From: Eledone cirrhosa
Taxonomy: Eukaryota
Direction: 5' to 3'
Assembly (NCBI GenBank): GCA_964016885.1
Contig: OZ024743.1
Coordinates: 317,378,001 to 317,442,000, forward strand
Length of the DNA stretch: 64,000 nt
Part shown: positions 39,083 through 51,360 of the stretch, in pieces
Position numbering within the stretch: position 1 is the stretch's first letter
Layout of the letters: each line of letters starts with the position of its first letter
Notes under the pieces: model-generated
What the model was told of the DNA's origin: nothing
Seen by the model: the letters and a program-made list of their open reading frames with translations, nothing else
The model's database searches: none
Made by a program: the position numbers and the translations under genes

Positions 39083-39616
39083 ATATATATATAAAAACAT
39101 AACTGGAATGCTATAAGAATCCAGCTTCTATAACTCTCGGCAAAAGCGAAGAGGTATGTAGCAGTCTTTACAACCTCTTACAAATGAGAAACGGTGACCG
39201 TTGATCGCTCCCCTTTGCTTTTGCCGAGACTAAGTATGTGAGGTTAGTCACTACTTTAAAATTCATAGTGAATGGTCTTTAAAATGGGAGAGAAATATAT
39301 ATATATACATATTTCTCTCCCTCTCTTTATATTTCTCTGGAAGAAACAGTTGTGTTTCAACCTGGTTTAAATGCCCTAGACATGCCATACATCATTACAG
39401 CGCCCTTATAACTTCATTAGGGGTTCAAGATCTATGGATGGATGGATTAATGGTTCTGGGAGAATCTAAGACTAAACAACAAGACCAACAACTAAGTTGA
39501 GATGAATTGGATCAACTGAACAATTTTCATGATTCTAGAAACATCACTTCTGAAATAAAGTAAAATTTGGACAGAAAATAAACTAGCAAGATATATAAAT
39601 GGAATTTTTGTCTTAC

Positions 39617-39721
39617 ACTGTTTTTACCATTGGACCATTTTCCATAGTCCTCCATCACTGCAATAAAATGGTCACAAAATTCTTCTGAAAAAAGGGGGAA
39701 CCAAAACACATCAGGACAAGG
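39617..39721 (-). CDS. PLOD: PLOD exon
   Basis: [35 protein letters not shown]; AG/GT ends. Confidence 0.96.
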
Positions 39722-39764
39722 CTGGAATAGACACAGAGAAAGGAAATTAAGTTGGTGGGATATA

Positions 39765-40050
39765 CAGAGGATATAGAGTGGTTGGTGGGATATAGAAAGG
39801 ATTTAGAATGGTTGGTAGGATATAAAGTGGATATAGAGTGGTTGGTAGGATATAAAGTGGATATAGAGTGGTTGGTAGGATATAAAGTGGATATAGAGTG
39901 GTTGGTAGGATATAAAGTGGATATAGAGTGGTTGGTAGGATATAAAGTGGATATAGAGTGGTTGGTAGGATATAAAGTAGATATAGAGTGGTTGGTAGGA
40001 TATAAAGTGGATATAGAGTAGTTGGTAGGATAGCGAGAGGATATAGAATT
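39765..40050. repeat. Minisatellite, 30 bp unit, ~9 copies
   Basis: atatagagtggttggtaggatataaagtgg. Confidence 0.93.
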
Positions 40051-40100
40051 GTTTGTGAGTTAGAACGTAGTTGATGGGATGATATATGGTAGATATAGAA

Positions 40101-40507
40101 CAGTGGTTCCCAAACTGTTCACTTCAGTAGATTGGTGTGCCATAAAATGTGATTAGGAGTGGTGCAAAAGAGCAATATTCTATTTCACAATATAAAAAAT
40201 ATAAATTGGAATTCATAATAAAGTTCATATATTGTCCAAGTGAGAAACAGCTAAACTAAGAATGAAAACATTGCCAAAATCACACCAACTGTATATTTCT
40301 TATTGGTAATTTTGCTACATTTATTGACTAAAGACGGAAGTATAAATATATTTACTGTATTTTTAATTGTTTATATTTCTACTTTATGTTATGATAATAT
40401 GTATAAATAACACTTAAATAATTTTTCGAATTTAATTACAACATGCACTAAAATATTTCTAATTGTTCTAAAGTGTGCAATGAATAAAAAAAGTTTGGGA
40501 ATCACTT
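40101..40507. mobile_element. hAT-type MITE
   Basis: TIRs cagtggttcccaaact / agtttgggaatcact. Confidence 0.7.
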
Positions 40508-40516
40508 ATGAAGTGA

Positions 40517-41750
40517 TGGCCTCCTATGAAGCTATGTATCTTAACTAGCCTCCTATGAAGCTATGTATCTTAACTGGCCTCCTATGAGGTTGCATATCTT
40601 AACTGGCATCTTATGAGGTTATGTATCTTAACTGGCCTCTTATGAAGTTGCATATCTTAACTGGCCTCTTATGAAGTTGCATATCTTAACTGGCCTCCTA
40701 TGAGGTTATGTATCTTAACTGGCCTCTTATGAAGTTGCATATCTTAACTGGCCTCCTATGAGGTTATGTATCTTAACTGGCCTCTTATGAAGTTGCATAT
40801 CTTAACTAGCCTCCTATTAAGTTATGTATCTTAACTGGCCTCTTATGAAGTTGCATATCTTAACTGGCCTCCTATGAGGTTATGTATCTTAACTGGCCTC
40901 CTATGAGAGGTTATGTATCTTAACTGGCCTCCTATGAGGTTATGTATCTTAACTGGCCTCCTATGAAGTTATGTATCTTAACTGGCCTCCTATGAGGTTA
41001 TGTATCTTAACTGGCCTCTTATGAAGTTGCATATCTTAACTGGCCTCCTATGAGAGGTTATGTATCTTAACTGGCCTCCTATGAGGTTATGTATCTTAAC
41101 TGGCCTCCTATGAAGTTGCATATCTTAACTGGCCTCCTATGAGGTTATGTATCTTAACTGGCCTCCTATGAAGTTGCATATCTTAACTGGCCTCCTATGA
41201 AGTTGCATATCTTAACTGGCCTCCTATGAAGTTGCATATCTTAACTGGCCTCCTATGAGGTTATGTATCTTAACTGGCCTCCTATGAAGTTGCATATCTT
41301 AACTGGCCTCCTATGAAGTTGCATATCTTAACTGGCCTCCTATGAAGTTGCATATCTTAACTGGCCTCTTATGAAGTTGCATATCTTAACTGGCCTCCTA
41401 TGAGGTTATGTATCTTAACTGGCCTCCTATGAAGTTGCATATCTTAACTGGCCTCCTATGAAGTTGCATATCTTAACTGGCCTCCTATGAAGTTGCATAT
41501 CTTAACTGGCCTCCTATGAGGTTATGTATCTTAACTGGCCTCCTATGAGGTTATGTATCTTAACTGGCCTCCTATGAGGTTATGTATCTTAACTGGCCTC
41601 CTATGAGATTATGTATCTTAACTGGCCTCCTATGAGATTATGTATCTTAGTTGGCCTCCTATGAGGTTATGTATCTTAGTTGGCCTCCTATGAAGCTATA
41701 TATCTTAACTGGCCTCCTATGAGGTTATGTATCTTAGTTGGCCTCCTATG
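40517..41750. repeat. Minisatellite, 29 bp unit, ~42 copies, two interspersed variants
   Basis: ggcctcctatga(agttgcata/ggttatgta)tcttaact. Confidence 0.96.
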
Positions 41751-42315
41751 ACCTCACAACACAGAGAAAAATAGAAAGGGTCACTTTCAGCCATGACTGG
41801 CCATGGGTTTGCTTTTTTGAGGTACAAACCCAAGCAGCATGTTTAGTAGAAGACCAGCAATTGTCCATTCATGCAAACCTTTTCTCTTCATGCCATCAAT
41901 GTTGTCCAAGAGAAAGACAAAGGCCAATACAGCTTGGCACTAATACCATTACAACATATTTTCACCAACTGATTGAACTGGGGCAATGGGAAATAAAACG
42001 TTTTGCTGATACGTAACCTGTTACCTAGTCTAGGAACCAAATTCATAACTTTACGGTTGTGATCCTAACACCCTAACCCTTACTGTGATCCCAACACCCT
42101 AACCCTTACTGTGATCCCAACACCCTAACCTCTACTGTGATCACAACACCCTAACCACTACTGTGATCACAACGCCCTAACCACTACTGGGCTCTCAGCC
42201 CACCATGGGTGAGGACTTCCACTTTGAGTGCCAACCTGATCAGCTGATAACTCATCCAACAATTGATATCAGGAAAGCAGATGTTAAACGATGAATTAAA
42301 GAATTCATACAATAC

Positions 42316-42384
42316 CTGTTTGGTTACTGCATTTTCCTGAAATACTTCAGAGTAATTGTCATGGATATATCTGTCTTCCCAATC
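42316..42384 (-). CDS. PLOD: PLOD exon
   Basis: DWEDRYIHDNYSEVFQENAVTKQ; AG/GT ends. Confidence 0.92.
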
Positions 42385-42634
42385 CTAAAACAAAGACAGA
42401 AAAAAATAGTGTTTAATTCAGACTAAAATATTTGTGTTAAAATGTGATTTAGGCACAAGGTCAACAATTTGGGGGAGAAGAAAGTTGACTAAATCAACCC
42501 AGTGCATTACTGGTGATTTATTTTATCGACTCCCATAAGGATGAAAGGTAGCAAAACTAACTTTGGTGGGATTTGAACTCAGAATGTAAAGGGACGTAAC
42601 TATGTTAAACTATTTCTTTCTTTATTATTTATTA

Positions 42635-43064
42635 CTAGCAGAAAAACCATCCTTCGTGTGGTTTTCTACTAACATGTGTTGTGTGCATATTGATATTATA
42701 TGCAAGTATATATGCATGTAGATATGATACACTGTCTTATGTAATCAGTAACTTAATCCATGATACATTAAAAAAACACGATATTATATATAAACTGCAT
42801 TAGGAGAAAATTAGCGACGGAAATATATGAATGTTTATTTAAGCGATCGCTAACCGGAAGTGTTGACATTCGAACATTTTAAAGAAGTGAATCTTAAAAT
42901 AAACAACAAAATTATTTATATTTAATCAAGAATAACGAAATTTAGTAGATAAATTATGTAATATTCATTCATTATTTATTCAAAGTAATCCAACTTATTT
43001 TACAAACGGGATAAAAAAATATATTCTGGACAGTCCTGCACTGCTTACTTTATTATAGTTTAGA
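42635..43064 (-). mobile_element. Non-autonomous Helitron, copy 1
   Basis: Minus strand A|TC start, subterminal hairpin, CTAG|T end. Confidence 0.75.
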
Positions 43065-43291
43065 TTATTTTAATGATGGATTGGCAGTATCGGTAGAACG
43101 TCAGACACCATGCTTTGCAGCACAGAGTTATGACCCTTTACGTTCCGAGTTCAAATCCCACCGAGGTTAAGTTTGCCTTTCATCATTACAGGGTCAATAA
43201 AATAAAGCACCAGTAATGCACTGGGGTAATTGCTGACCTTGTAGCAAAAGTAGAAACAATAATTTTAAAATAATAAAACATTATCTAAAAA

Positions 43292-43835
43292 CTAGCAGAA
43301 AAACGACCCTTCGGGTGGTTTTCTGCTAGCATGTGTAGTGTGTATATTGATATTATACGCAGGTATATATACATGTAGATATGATACATCAAATAAAATT
43401 GTAATTGACAATATACACAGAAATTGAATGAAGACTGCATTACACTGTCTTATGTAATCAGTAACATAATCCATGATACATTAAAAAAGACGATATATAT
43501 AAACTGCATTAGGATAAAATTAGTGACAGAAAATTAGTATGTTTATTTAAGCGATCGCCACCGGAAGTGTTGACATCACACACTCTCTCTTTCTATATAT
43601 ATGGTAGTTGAAGTGGTGGTGGTGGTGGCAACGATATACCGGAAGTGAAACTTTGAAAAGAAGTCAATTTTAAATTATTTATTTTTACGAAATTATTTTT
43701 GTTTACAAAATTGAGTAGATAAATTATGTAATATTCATTCATTATTTATTCAAAGTAATCCAACTTATTTTACAAACGGGATAAAAAAAATAAACCGTAC
43801 ACAATCCAGCACACCTTCCTTTATTATAGTTTAGA
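43292..43835 (-). mobile_element. Non-autonomous Helitron, copy 2
   Basis: A|TCtaaactataataaag ... accacccgaagggtcgt ttttctgCTAG|T; homologous to copy 1. Confidence 0.8.
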
Positions 43836-44148
43836 TTACTTTAGATTAAAATAAATTATTTAAAAATTACTTTAAATAAATAAGTAAATATTTGGAAATA
43901 ATTTTGAAAATAATCAAGAATTTGGGGAGATTTAGTAAAATAACTTTCTCATTTTTAAGTTGATGTTTGTTTAACTATGAATATCAAAACTTCAAAACAT
44001 ATGGCTCTTCATCATTAAACCAGGGGAAGATAGGTGAAGTTGTAATTTTGTTATGTTGTAATTTTGTTCAGTAAATGAGTGTTATTTGGTTGTGAACATT
44101 TAAAAATATAAAACAATGGAAAAAACTAAATGATAAAATTCAACTAAC

Positions 44149-44259
44149 AACTGGATTATCAAAGATCTGCCAAATTTCACTGTGTACTCTGGTTTGGAAA
44201 TTATCAGCATTAATTAAATGACCAAAATATTTTGTATTTGTCACATATATCAGCCGGCC
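44149..44259 (-). CDS. PLOD: PLOD exon
   Basis: GRLIYVTNTKYFGHLINADNFQTRVHSEIWQIFDNPV; AG/GT ends. Confidence 0.95.
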
Positions 44260-44752
44260 CTGAAATATAAAGAAAGATAATATAGAACTGCAGAAAATAA
44301 AAAAAAAAAGAAAGGATAAAGGAAAAATAACTAATTTAAAAATATAAAATAAAATAAAACCCCCCAAAATAATACAAATAAAAATGAGAAAACTCATCAC
44401 AGCAATAGGCAAAAATACCTGAGGACAGAGACCAGTGGTCAATAGAGAGATAATCCACAAAGTGGGTGACAGGCAGATGAAATAAAGAAAAGATTGAAAG
44501 AGAAGGAGTACAAAGAGAAGTGTGTTGGCACATAGAAGTGACTGTATGAAGAACACAAATAAAGGCAATGTACACACACAAGTTTACACACATCTTCCCC
44601 CTCATCAGCTCTCAAACCAGCAAAATGGTTTCGCATAATTTAATAGTTTATCAGAAATTTGATTATTAAAGTATTGAGGAAAAATTAATATGAGAATATA
44701 TCCAACTTGTTTTATCTGGAAACTTTTCTCTCTCTCTTTCTTTCACACACGT

Positions 44753-44822
<70 letters not shown>

Positions 44823-45237
44823 TGAAAAAAAACGATTGGCATATACATAAATATATCAAATATTAACAGGAGATTAATTTGCAAAGGATGTAAGAACATA
44901 TAATTACAAAAGGCGACATATTTAAATTTAACAAAAATATAAATACCTGACATTCAATAATTATTTACACTCTCATACATATGGTGCTTGTCTGATTTTC
45001 AGACACGACATCTTTATTCTTGTTAGTAATATCATCATCCCTGTTTTACATCCATTTCTCCACACAAGCGTGGGTTAGACGAGCTGTCTTGTGGGCAATA
45101 CTACGTCAGGTGACCATGTCTTGCTCATACATATGTGTGTGTGTATATATATATAAAGTTATTTCTGTATAAATACAGAGTGTATAACCGAGACTGCACC
45201 AATGTGGATAAATATATACAGATCTAATATGTAGGCA

Positions 45238-45349
45238 TGTAAACATGCCAGAAAATATGAATATTCCTGTAAATTGAAAAATATCTTTAATCAATTTTCA
45301 GATCTAATTCGACCCTCATCAGAAATTCCTATTTTCTGGCATGTTTACA
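45238..45349 (-). ncRNA. Hammerhead-like motif closed by a 20-bp stem
   Basis: CTGATGA-gggtc[gaatta]gatct-GAA-aattga[13 nt]tcaatt-T; distal stem tgtaaacatgccagaaaata / tattttctggcatgtttaca; proximal stem I disrupted. Confidence 0.55.
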
Positions 45350-45657
45350 CAAAGATATTATTATCATGATCTTAATGACTGCAAATTCCCACCTTCTATT
45401 AACCCGTTAGCATTTACATTACTCTCTATATACTATTGTATTTTTGCAGTAAACACTTTACCTCACATAATATAGAATCTATGAGATTTTGATATTATTT
45501 ATTTTGAGAACAATCCCTTAATGCCGATATGAGCGCCCAGTTATGGCTGCTTTGAACAGAAAGAGATGAGAGAATTCTGGCCAGATATGGCCATTTTAAA
45601 TGCCAAAGGGTAGAATTCAATAAATTAGGTAGAATTCAATAAATACGTCATCCTTAC

Positions 45658-45790
45658 TTGATCTCGGAGAGTTTTAGAAAATGCCATATCTGGATCCAAT
45701 TTAGAGTTGACATAAGCATTCTTCAACTCATGCAGCACATGATGTTGGATCAAATAAGCTTCTGATATGTAGGGAACAACCCAAAGACCA
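45658..45790 (-). CDS. PLOD: PLOD exon
   Basis: GLWVVPYISEAYLIQHHVLHELKNAYVNSKLDPDMAFSKTLRDQ; AG/GT ends. Confidence 0.95.
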
Positions 45791-46389
45791 CTGGAAGAAA
45801 AAATATCAAAAGATTCCATAATCATCAGGAAGATACCAAACAAAAATTCTTTTATTCCTTTACTAGTTTCAGTCATTAGACTGTTGCCATGCTGGGGCAC
45901 CACCTTGATTTAGTCGATCATGTCAACCTCAATAATTATTTTATCAATCCCTTTCTACCAAAATACTAAGTTATGGGGCGCGGACACACACACTCACACA
46001 TTTAAATGCACGTGTGCACACATATATATGTATATATATCATCATTTAACATTCATTTTTCCATGCGGGCATAGGTTTGACTGGTCATCATGAACCAAGT
46101 TAATCGGAATTACTATTTTCTGAATACATACATACATACATACATACATACATAACTTCTGCAGTTTCTATCTATCAAATTTCACTAACAAGGAATTAGT
46201 TAATCTGAGGCTGTAGGAGACACTTGCCCAAGGAGACACTTGCCACTGTGAGACTGAACACAAAACCATGTGTGTGTGTGAAACAAACTTCTTAACCACA
46301 CAGCCAGCCATGTTTACATCTATATATGTATCAAGGATAAATTTAAATGAAAGAAACAAAACATTTAGTAGGCTTGGTTGAAGACTCAC

Positions 46390-46515
46390 CGTTTGGTGTT
46401 ATCCACAATATCCAGATAATCTTCAGAACGAGCATAAAAGCCATCATTACTAATAGCTCCCCAGAAGTTGCTCCAGAACTTACCGGTGCGAGATAATAAA
46501 GGGGCTAAAACACTT
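46390..46515 (-). CDS. PLOD: PLOD exon
   Basis: [41 protein letters not shown]; hallmark WSNFWGA..YARSEDY. Confidence 0.97.
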
Positions 46516-47628
46516 CTGCAATAAAAAAAATATTTGGCACATTAAAACAGAATTAAAGGATCAAAAGGTTACTGTATATTATACTCAAATATAACCTGAG
46601 AAATATTTTACCAAAAAAAATCGATGGTAAAATGGGAGGTTGGCTTATATTTGTGATCTAAACATGTGTTGATTAGCAGCCTCGGTTTATAAACGGGGTT
46701 TGGATTTCTGTCTATTTCTTAGACATAAAATAGGGGGTCAGTTTATATTTGAATCGGGTTATATTCGAGTACATAGTAAAGTAAAACAAAAGGAAAAAAA
46801 TAATAATCTTTATAAATATGAATTTACTTTAATTAAATTATTTTAAATGAATGAGAAATGAGATGCTATGGTCACATGATACGATCTGTTGGAGTGATCA
46901 AGGCCACATTCTAAGAAATAGTTCTGGGGAAAAGAAGGCAAAGATGTCAAAAGAAAAAATGGGGTAGATAGCATTAGGGAATGGATGAGTAAAGACTTCA
47001 TGACAGAGATGGAAGTACACAACTCCACTCTGCTGCAAACCCATGACCCCACAAGGTGATAGGTTCATCATCACCAACGTTTTACATCTATTTTCCATGC
47101 ATACATGTTTTATGTGAATTTAGAAAAAAAATGATCCAGCTAATACTTTAACTCTTTTGATACCAACCCACCCTAAACTGTCCTTGGTGTTCTATGATAT
47201 AAAACTGTTTATGTTATGGTATGGTCCTGTAACACCTGATTGAGTTGTAGAGGTACCATAGTGGCATATGGGATTTCTTGAGCCTTTTAAGCCAAGCAGA
47301 GCCCATATCCTCTCCAGGTCTGAATACAGCAGATTTCTTCCAGAGAAAGATAGAGAATGTGAGAGAGAGGAGGTGAGAAAGAGATAATAAGAGGAAGAAT
47401 TGACTCTGGTACTAAACTGGTATTTTTTTTTTTATCAATCTCGAAAGGATTAAAGGAAAAGTTGACTTTAGCAGGATTTGAACTCAGAGAGCAGAAAGCC
47501 AGAATGAATACCACAAAACATTCTATCCAACATTCGAACAACTGTCAAGTCACCACCTTGTATATGTTAAATTGTTCATATTTATCTAAAAACCTTCCAG
47601 CATAAATTTATGTAAAAACATCATACAG

Positions 47629-48020
47629 AAGACCCGCCTTGCCTAAGTACAAAGCGAAACCTAGTCAGTAGGCACCTCTAACAAAAATACACCTCCGTCC
47701 CACCACCCCACCCCATCCACACAACCCCTTTCGATGTAAAGTTATGTTGGTACCACAACAACCAGTCCGAAATAAATGAGGTCGTGTAGGTGTTACGAAA
47801 AAAACACACAGCCCATGCTGTAATGTGGCCGTGTAGGTAACACGGTAAAAACCTCCCAGTCCACACTGTAAACGTGGTTGGTGTTAGGAAGAGCATCCAG
47901 CCGTAGAAAACCCGCCAGACAGTCCTATACGAGCAAGACAACCAATCTTGCCTCAAGTGGGAAAATTCCCGTCCAAACCCATGCAAGCATGGAAGATGGA
48001 CGTTAAACGATGATGATGAT
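47629..48020 (+). mobile_element. 5'-truncated RTE (3' UTR only)
   Basis: Closely similar to 60355-60780 and 52388-52806; (GAT)n tail. Confidence 0.85.
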
Positions 48021-48185
48021 AATGATTGGTTAAGTTATATTTCAAACACCAGTCTAGTAATGAGAAAGTTATATTACTAAATCCCCACACCACACCCCAA
48101 AAATTATTGATTATTTTCAAAATTATATGGAAATCCCAAGCAATGTCTTTTATAAGAAATATGGTGATGAAAGGGTTAAATATAC

Positions 48186-48287
48186 CTGTTCTGTTCTATC
48201 AATAAACGTAATGTTTTGGAATTATCAAGATGAGCTGTAGCATCCACTGCAAAAAGATAACGACAAGATTTCTGTATACAGGAATCA
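48186..48287 (-). CDS. PLOD: PLOD exon
   Basis: DSCIQKSCRYLFAVDATAHLDNSKTLRLLIEQNR; AG/GT ends. Confidence 0.95.
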
Positions 48288-48439
48288 CTGAAAAAAAAAA
48301 TTTAGGTGGCGATTAAAAGATATTTATTAACAAACAGAAAAATACAATAATGAAAATATTAAAATTACAAAAGATTAAAGCGATAAACAAGAAGAAAGAA
48401 AGAAAAAAAATGGTGCGTGGAGGGTTAATTAAGGTAAAA

Positions 48440-48700
48440 AGGGAAAGGGAGTTTGCAAACTCTACTCCCAAGACTGGACAGTATATCTAAGCTGCATCCC
48501 ACAAAGAAGATGATGAAAGCATTGCCACAAAGAATAGCCAGCAACACCCACTGCATCAGCCATTCTACCTCATGTGGATACTTCCTCAGGTGCAATGTAC
48601 TCCTCCTGATTTTGCAGAGTAACACATCAGTCCAGGGACGAAGGACACTGGAAATCTCAATGGCAACTGACACAAAAAAGAAGTGGTCAGTCAACTTTTG
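48440..48700 (-). mobile_element. Possible 3' remnant of a CRE-like (RLE) non-LTR element
   Basis: EVEWLMQWVLLAILCGNAFII resembles the FLxQRLSxAIxRGNA C-terminal motif. Confidence 0.4.
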
Positions 48701-48902
48701 GTATTTAGTTATTTTTTTGTATTATAGGCAGTGGTGGCTGGGTCTGTGGTCAAAATATTTAGAGTAATTTAGAAAGACAATCCACTTACAGCATTCTTTT
48801 ATATTTCTACCCCCACAACCTCCAATAGCAGAGATGACTGAATGTAGAAAGAAGTTGACCACTAGCCAATATCACGGTAGTTTATATTCTGTTCTTGGTG
48901 TT

Positions 48903-49941
48903 ATATTGAGACTGTGGTCTCAGTATTAACTAACGAATGTTATAGTCTACTAGTTGATACAATATCGAGTCTGTGGTCTCAGTATTAACTAACAAATGTT
49001 ATAGTTCACTAGTAGGTACTATATTGAGACTGTGGTCTCAATATTAACTAACAAATGTTATAGAACACTAGTTGATACAATATTGAGTCTGTGGTCTCAG
49101 TATTAACTAACAAATGTTATAGTCCACTAGTAGGTACTATATTGAGACTGTGGTCTCAGTATTAACTAACAAATGTTATAGTCCACTAGTTGGTACTATA
49201 TTGAGACTGTGGTCTCAGTATTAACTCACAAATGTTATAGTCCACTAGTTGGTACTATATTGAGACTGTGGTCTCAGTATTAACTAACAAATGTTATAGT
49301 CCACTAGTAGGTACTATATTGAGACTGTGGTCTCAATATTAACTAACAAATGTTATAGTCCACTAGTTGGTACTATATTGAGACTGTGGTCTCAGTATTA
49401 ACTAACGAATGTTATAGTCCACTAGTAGGTACAACATTGAAACTGTGGTCTCAGTATTAACTCACAAATGTTATAGTCCACTAGTTGGTACTATATTGAG
49501 ACTGTGGTCTCAGTATTAACTAATGAATGTTATAGTCCACTAGTAGGTACAACATTGAAACTGTGGTCTCAGTATTAACTCACAAATGTTATAGTCCACT
49601 AGTAGGTACTATATTGAAACTGTGGTCTCAGTATTAACTCACAAATGTTATAGTCCACTAGTAGGTACTATATTGAGACTGTGGTCTCAGTATTAACTCA
49701 CAAATGTTATAGTCCACTAGTAGGTACAATATCGAGTCTGTGGTCTCAGTATTAACTAACAAATGTTATAGTCCACTAGTAGGTACTATATTGAGACTGT
49801 GGTCTCAGTATTAACTAACAAATGTTATAGTCCACTAGTAGGTACTATATTGAGACTGTGGTCTCAGTATTAACTAACAAATGTTATAGTCCACTAGTAG
49901 GTACTATATTGAAACTGTGGTCTCAGTATTTAACTCACAAA
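48903..49941. repeat. Minisatellite, 59 bp unit, ~17 copies, one hairpin per unit
   Basis: atattgagac-tgtg-gtctcagtat taactaacaaatgttatagtccactagtaggtact. Confidence 0.95.
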
Positions 49942-50155
49942 TAACATGATCCAGTGAACTGCAAATTTTTACCACACCCTGTTCCAGGTTTAAAACAGTT
50001 ATACTCTCTCTCAGTCATCTGTCCCTCTCTCATCTCAAACACACAAACACAGAGGCTTTCTCTCTCTCTTTCCCAATCCATCCCCCTCTCTCTCTCTCAT
50101 ACACACACTACACTGCTGGGTTCTACTGCTACGAAACAAGAGGACAATGACTTAC

Positions 50156-50277
50156 ATTGCCCAATTCCTGCCTGTAGATTGATCCACATTGTTGTCTGGT
50201 GGTACATAATGTAAAGAATTATAACTTCCTTCTGCATCTTTAACAAAAGACTTCACATGTTCATTGTGATATTCCAT
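50156..50277 (-). CDS. PLOD: PLOD exon
   Basis: MEYHNEHVKSFVKDAEGSYNSLHYVPPDNNVDQSTGRNWA; phases 0 and 2 fit the neighbouring exons. Confidence 0.9.
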
Positions 50278-50841
50278 CTGGAAACATCAATAAGTTCAAG
50301 ATAAACAACACATACAATCAATGGAGATATTACATAGGAGATATTGCATGCTGGATATTACATGGTAGATATTCTAAAAGTCTAAAGTCTGTCTCAAGCC
50401 CAGAGGCTCATCAGGCCGGTGCTTATCCTGGTTTCCATGGCGTGAAGTGACTGAGAGTTCAAGACTTCCCCTCTAGACAGTATGCATATGAGCAGATGAA
50501 GCTCATTAACATACGGAATGGTAGCCAACCAGGCTTAAATTAAAACAATTAGTATTGGTGTTACAACATGTATGTGTTGGAGAACCAATACTAATCTTTT
50601 AAATTTAAGCCTGCTGGCTTCCGCTCAGTGTGCAAATGAGCTTCATCAGCGAGAAATCTATAAGATCCTCACTTATTTTTGTCTCAGCAGAAACAGCCTT
50701 GACAACCAGTAACAAGTGAGACACAACGTTGTTGGTTGCTTCCCCTGATTTTTGCTGAGACTAAGGATGTGGGACGGTGATCACAACCTTAAAAAATTCA
50801 TAGCAGAAGGCTCTCAAATGTTTTTCATAAACATCCTGTAT

Positions 50842-50896
<55 letters not shown>

Positions 50897-51228
50897 AACG
50901 CTATGTTGGAGCACCAATATTAATTATATATCATCAACATCATCGTTTAACGTCTATCTTCCACGCTAGCATGGGTTTAGATATATATATATGTAATTTT
51001 CAAGTTTTAATAAGTAGGAAAGAGAAGGTGTTGATAACATTAAGAAAATGGCTGTTTCAATATGTAGAAAAGGAATAGGCTGGAGCTCAAAAGAGAACAG
51101 GTCTTTGCAAAAATCTACTTTTTAACACAAAGCTGAAGATAAAAACTTAATATGTTAGACATTGTAAATAACAAAAGAAAGGAAAGAAAATAATGAGAAC
51201 AAGTATATATAGAGAGAGAGAGACTCAC

Positions 51229-51360
51229 ATTGTTATGGATGTATATATCAATGTGTTTTGATGGATAATCCAAATTGTAGATTTTATCAAAGAATTCTTT
51301 CAAAAATGGAACATTGCTATATATGAAAATTGCAATCATTACTTTTGGATAATCAGAGAT
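51229..51360 (-). CDS. PLOD: PLOD exon
   Basis: ISDYPKVMIAIFIYSNVPFLKEFFDKIYNLDYPSKHIDIYIHNN; AG/GT ends. Confidence 0.95.

Noticed and set aside
39752-40021. VGYKVDIEWL repeat ORF
   Set aside because: 30-bp minisatellite antisense in a PLOD intron
42060-42190. ccctaa motifs as an interstitial telomere
   Set aside because: A ~27-bp tandem repeat derived from a SINE end, not (TTAGGG)n
43078-43165. tRNA gene
   Set aside because: A and B boxes belong to a SINE head; no cloverleaf, followed by the SINE body
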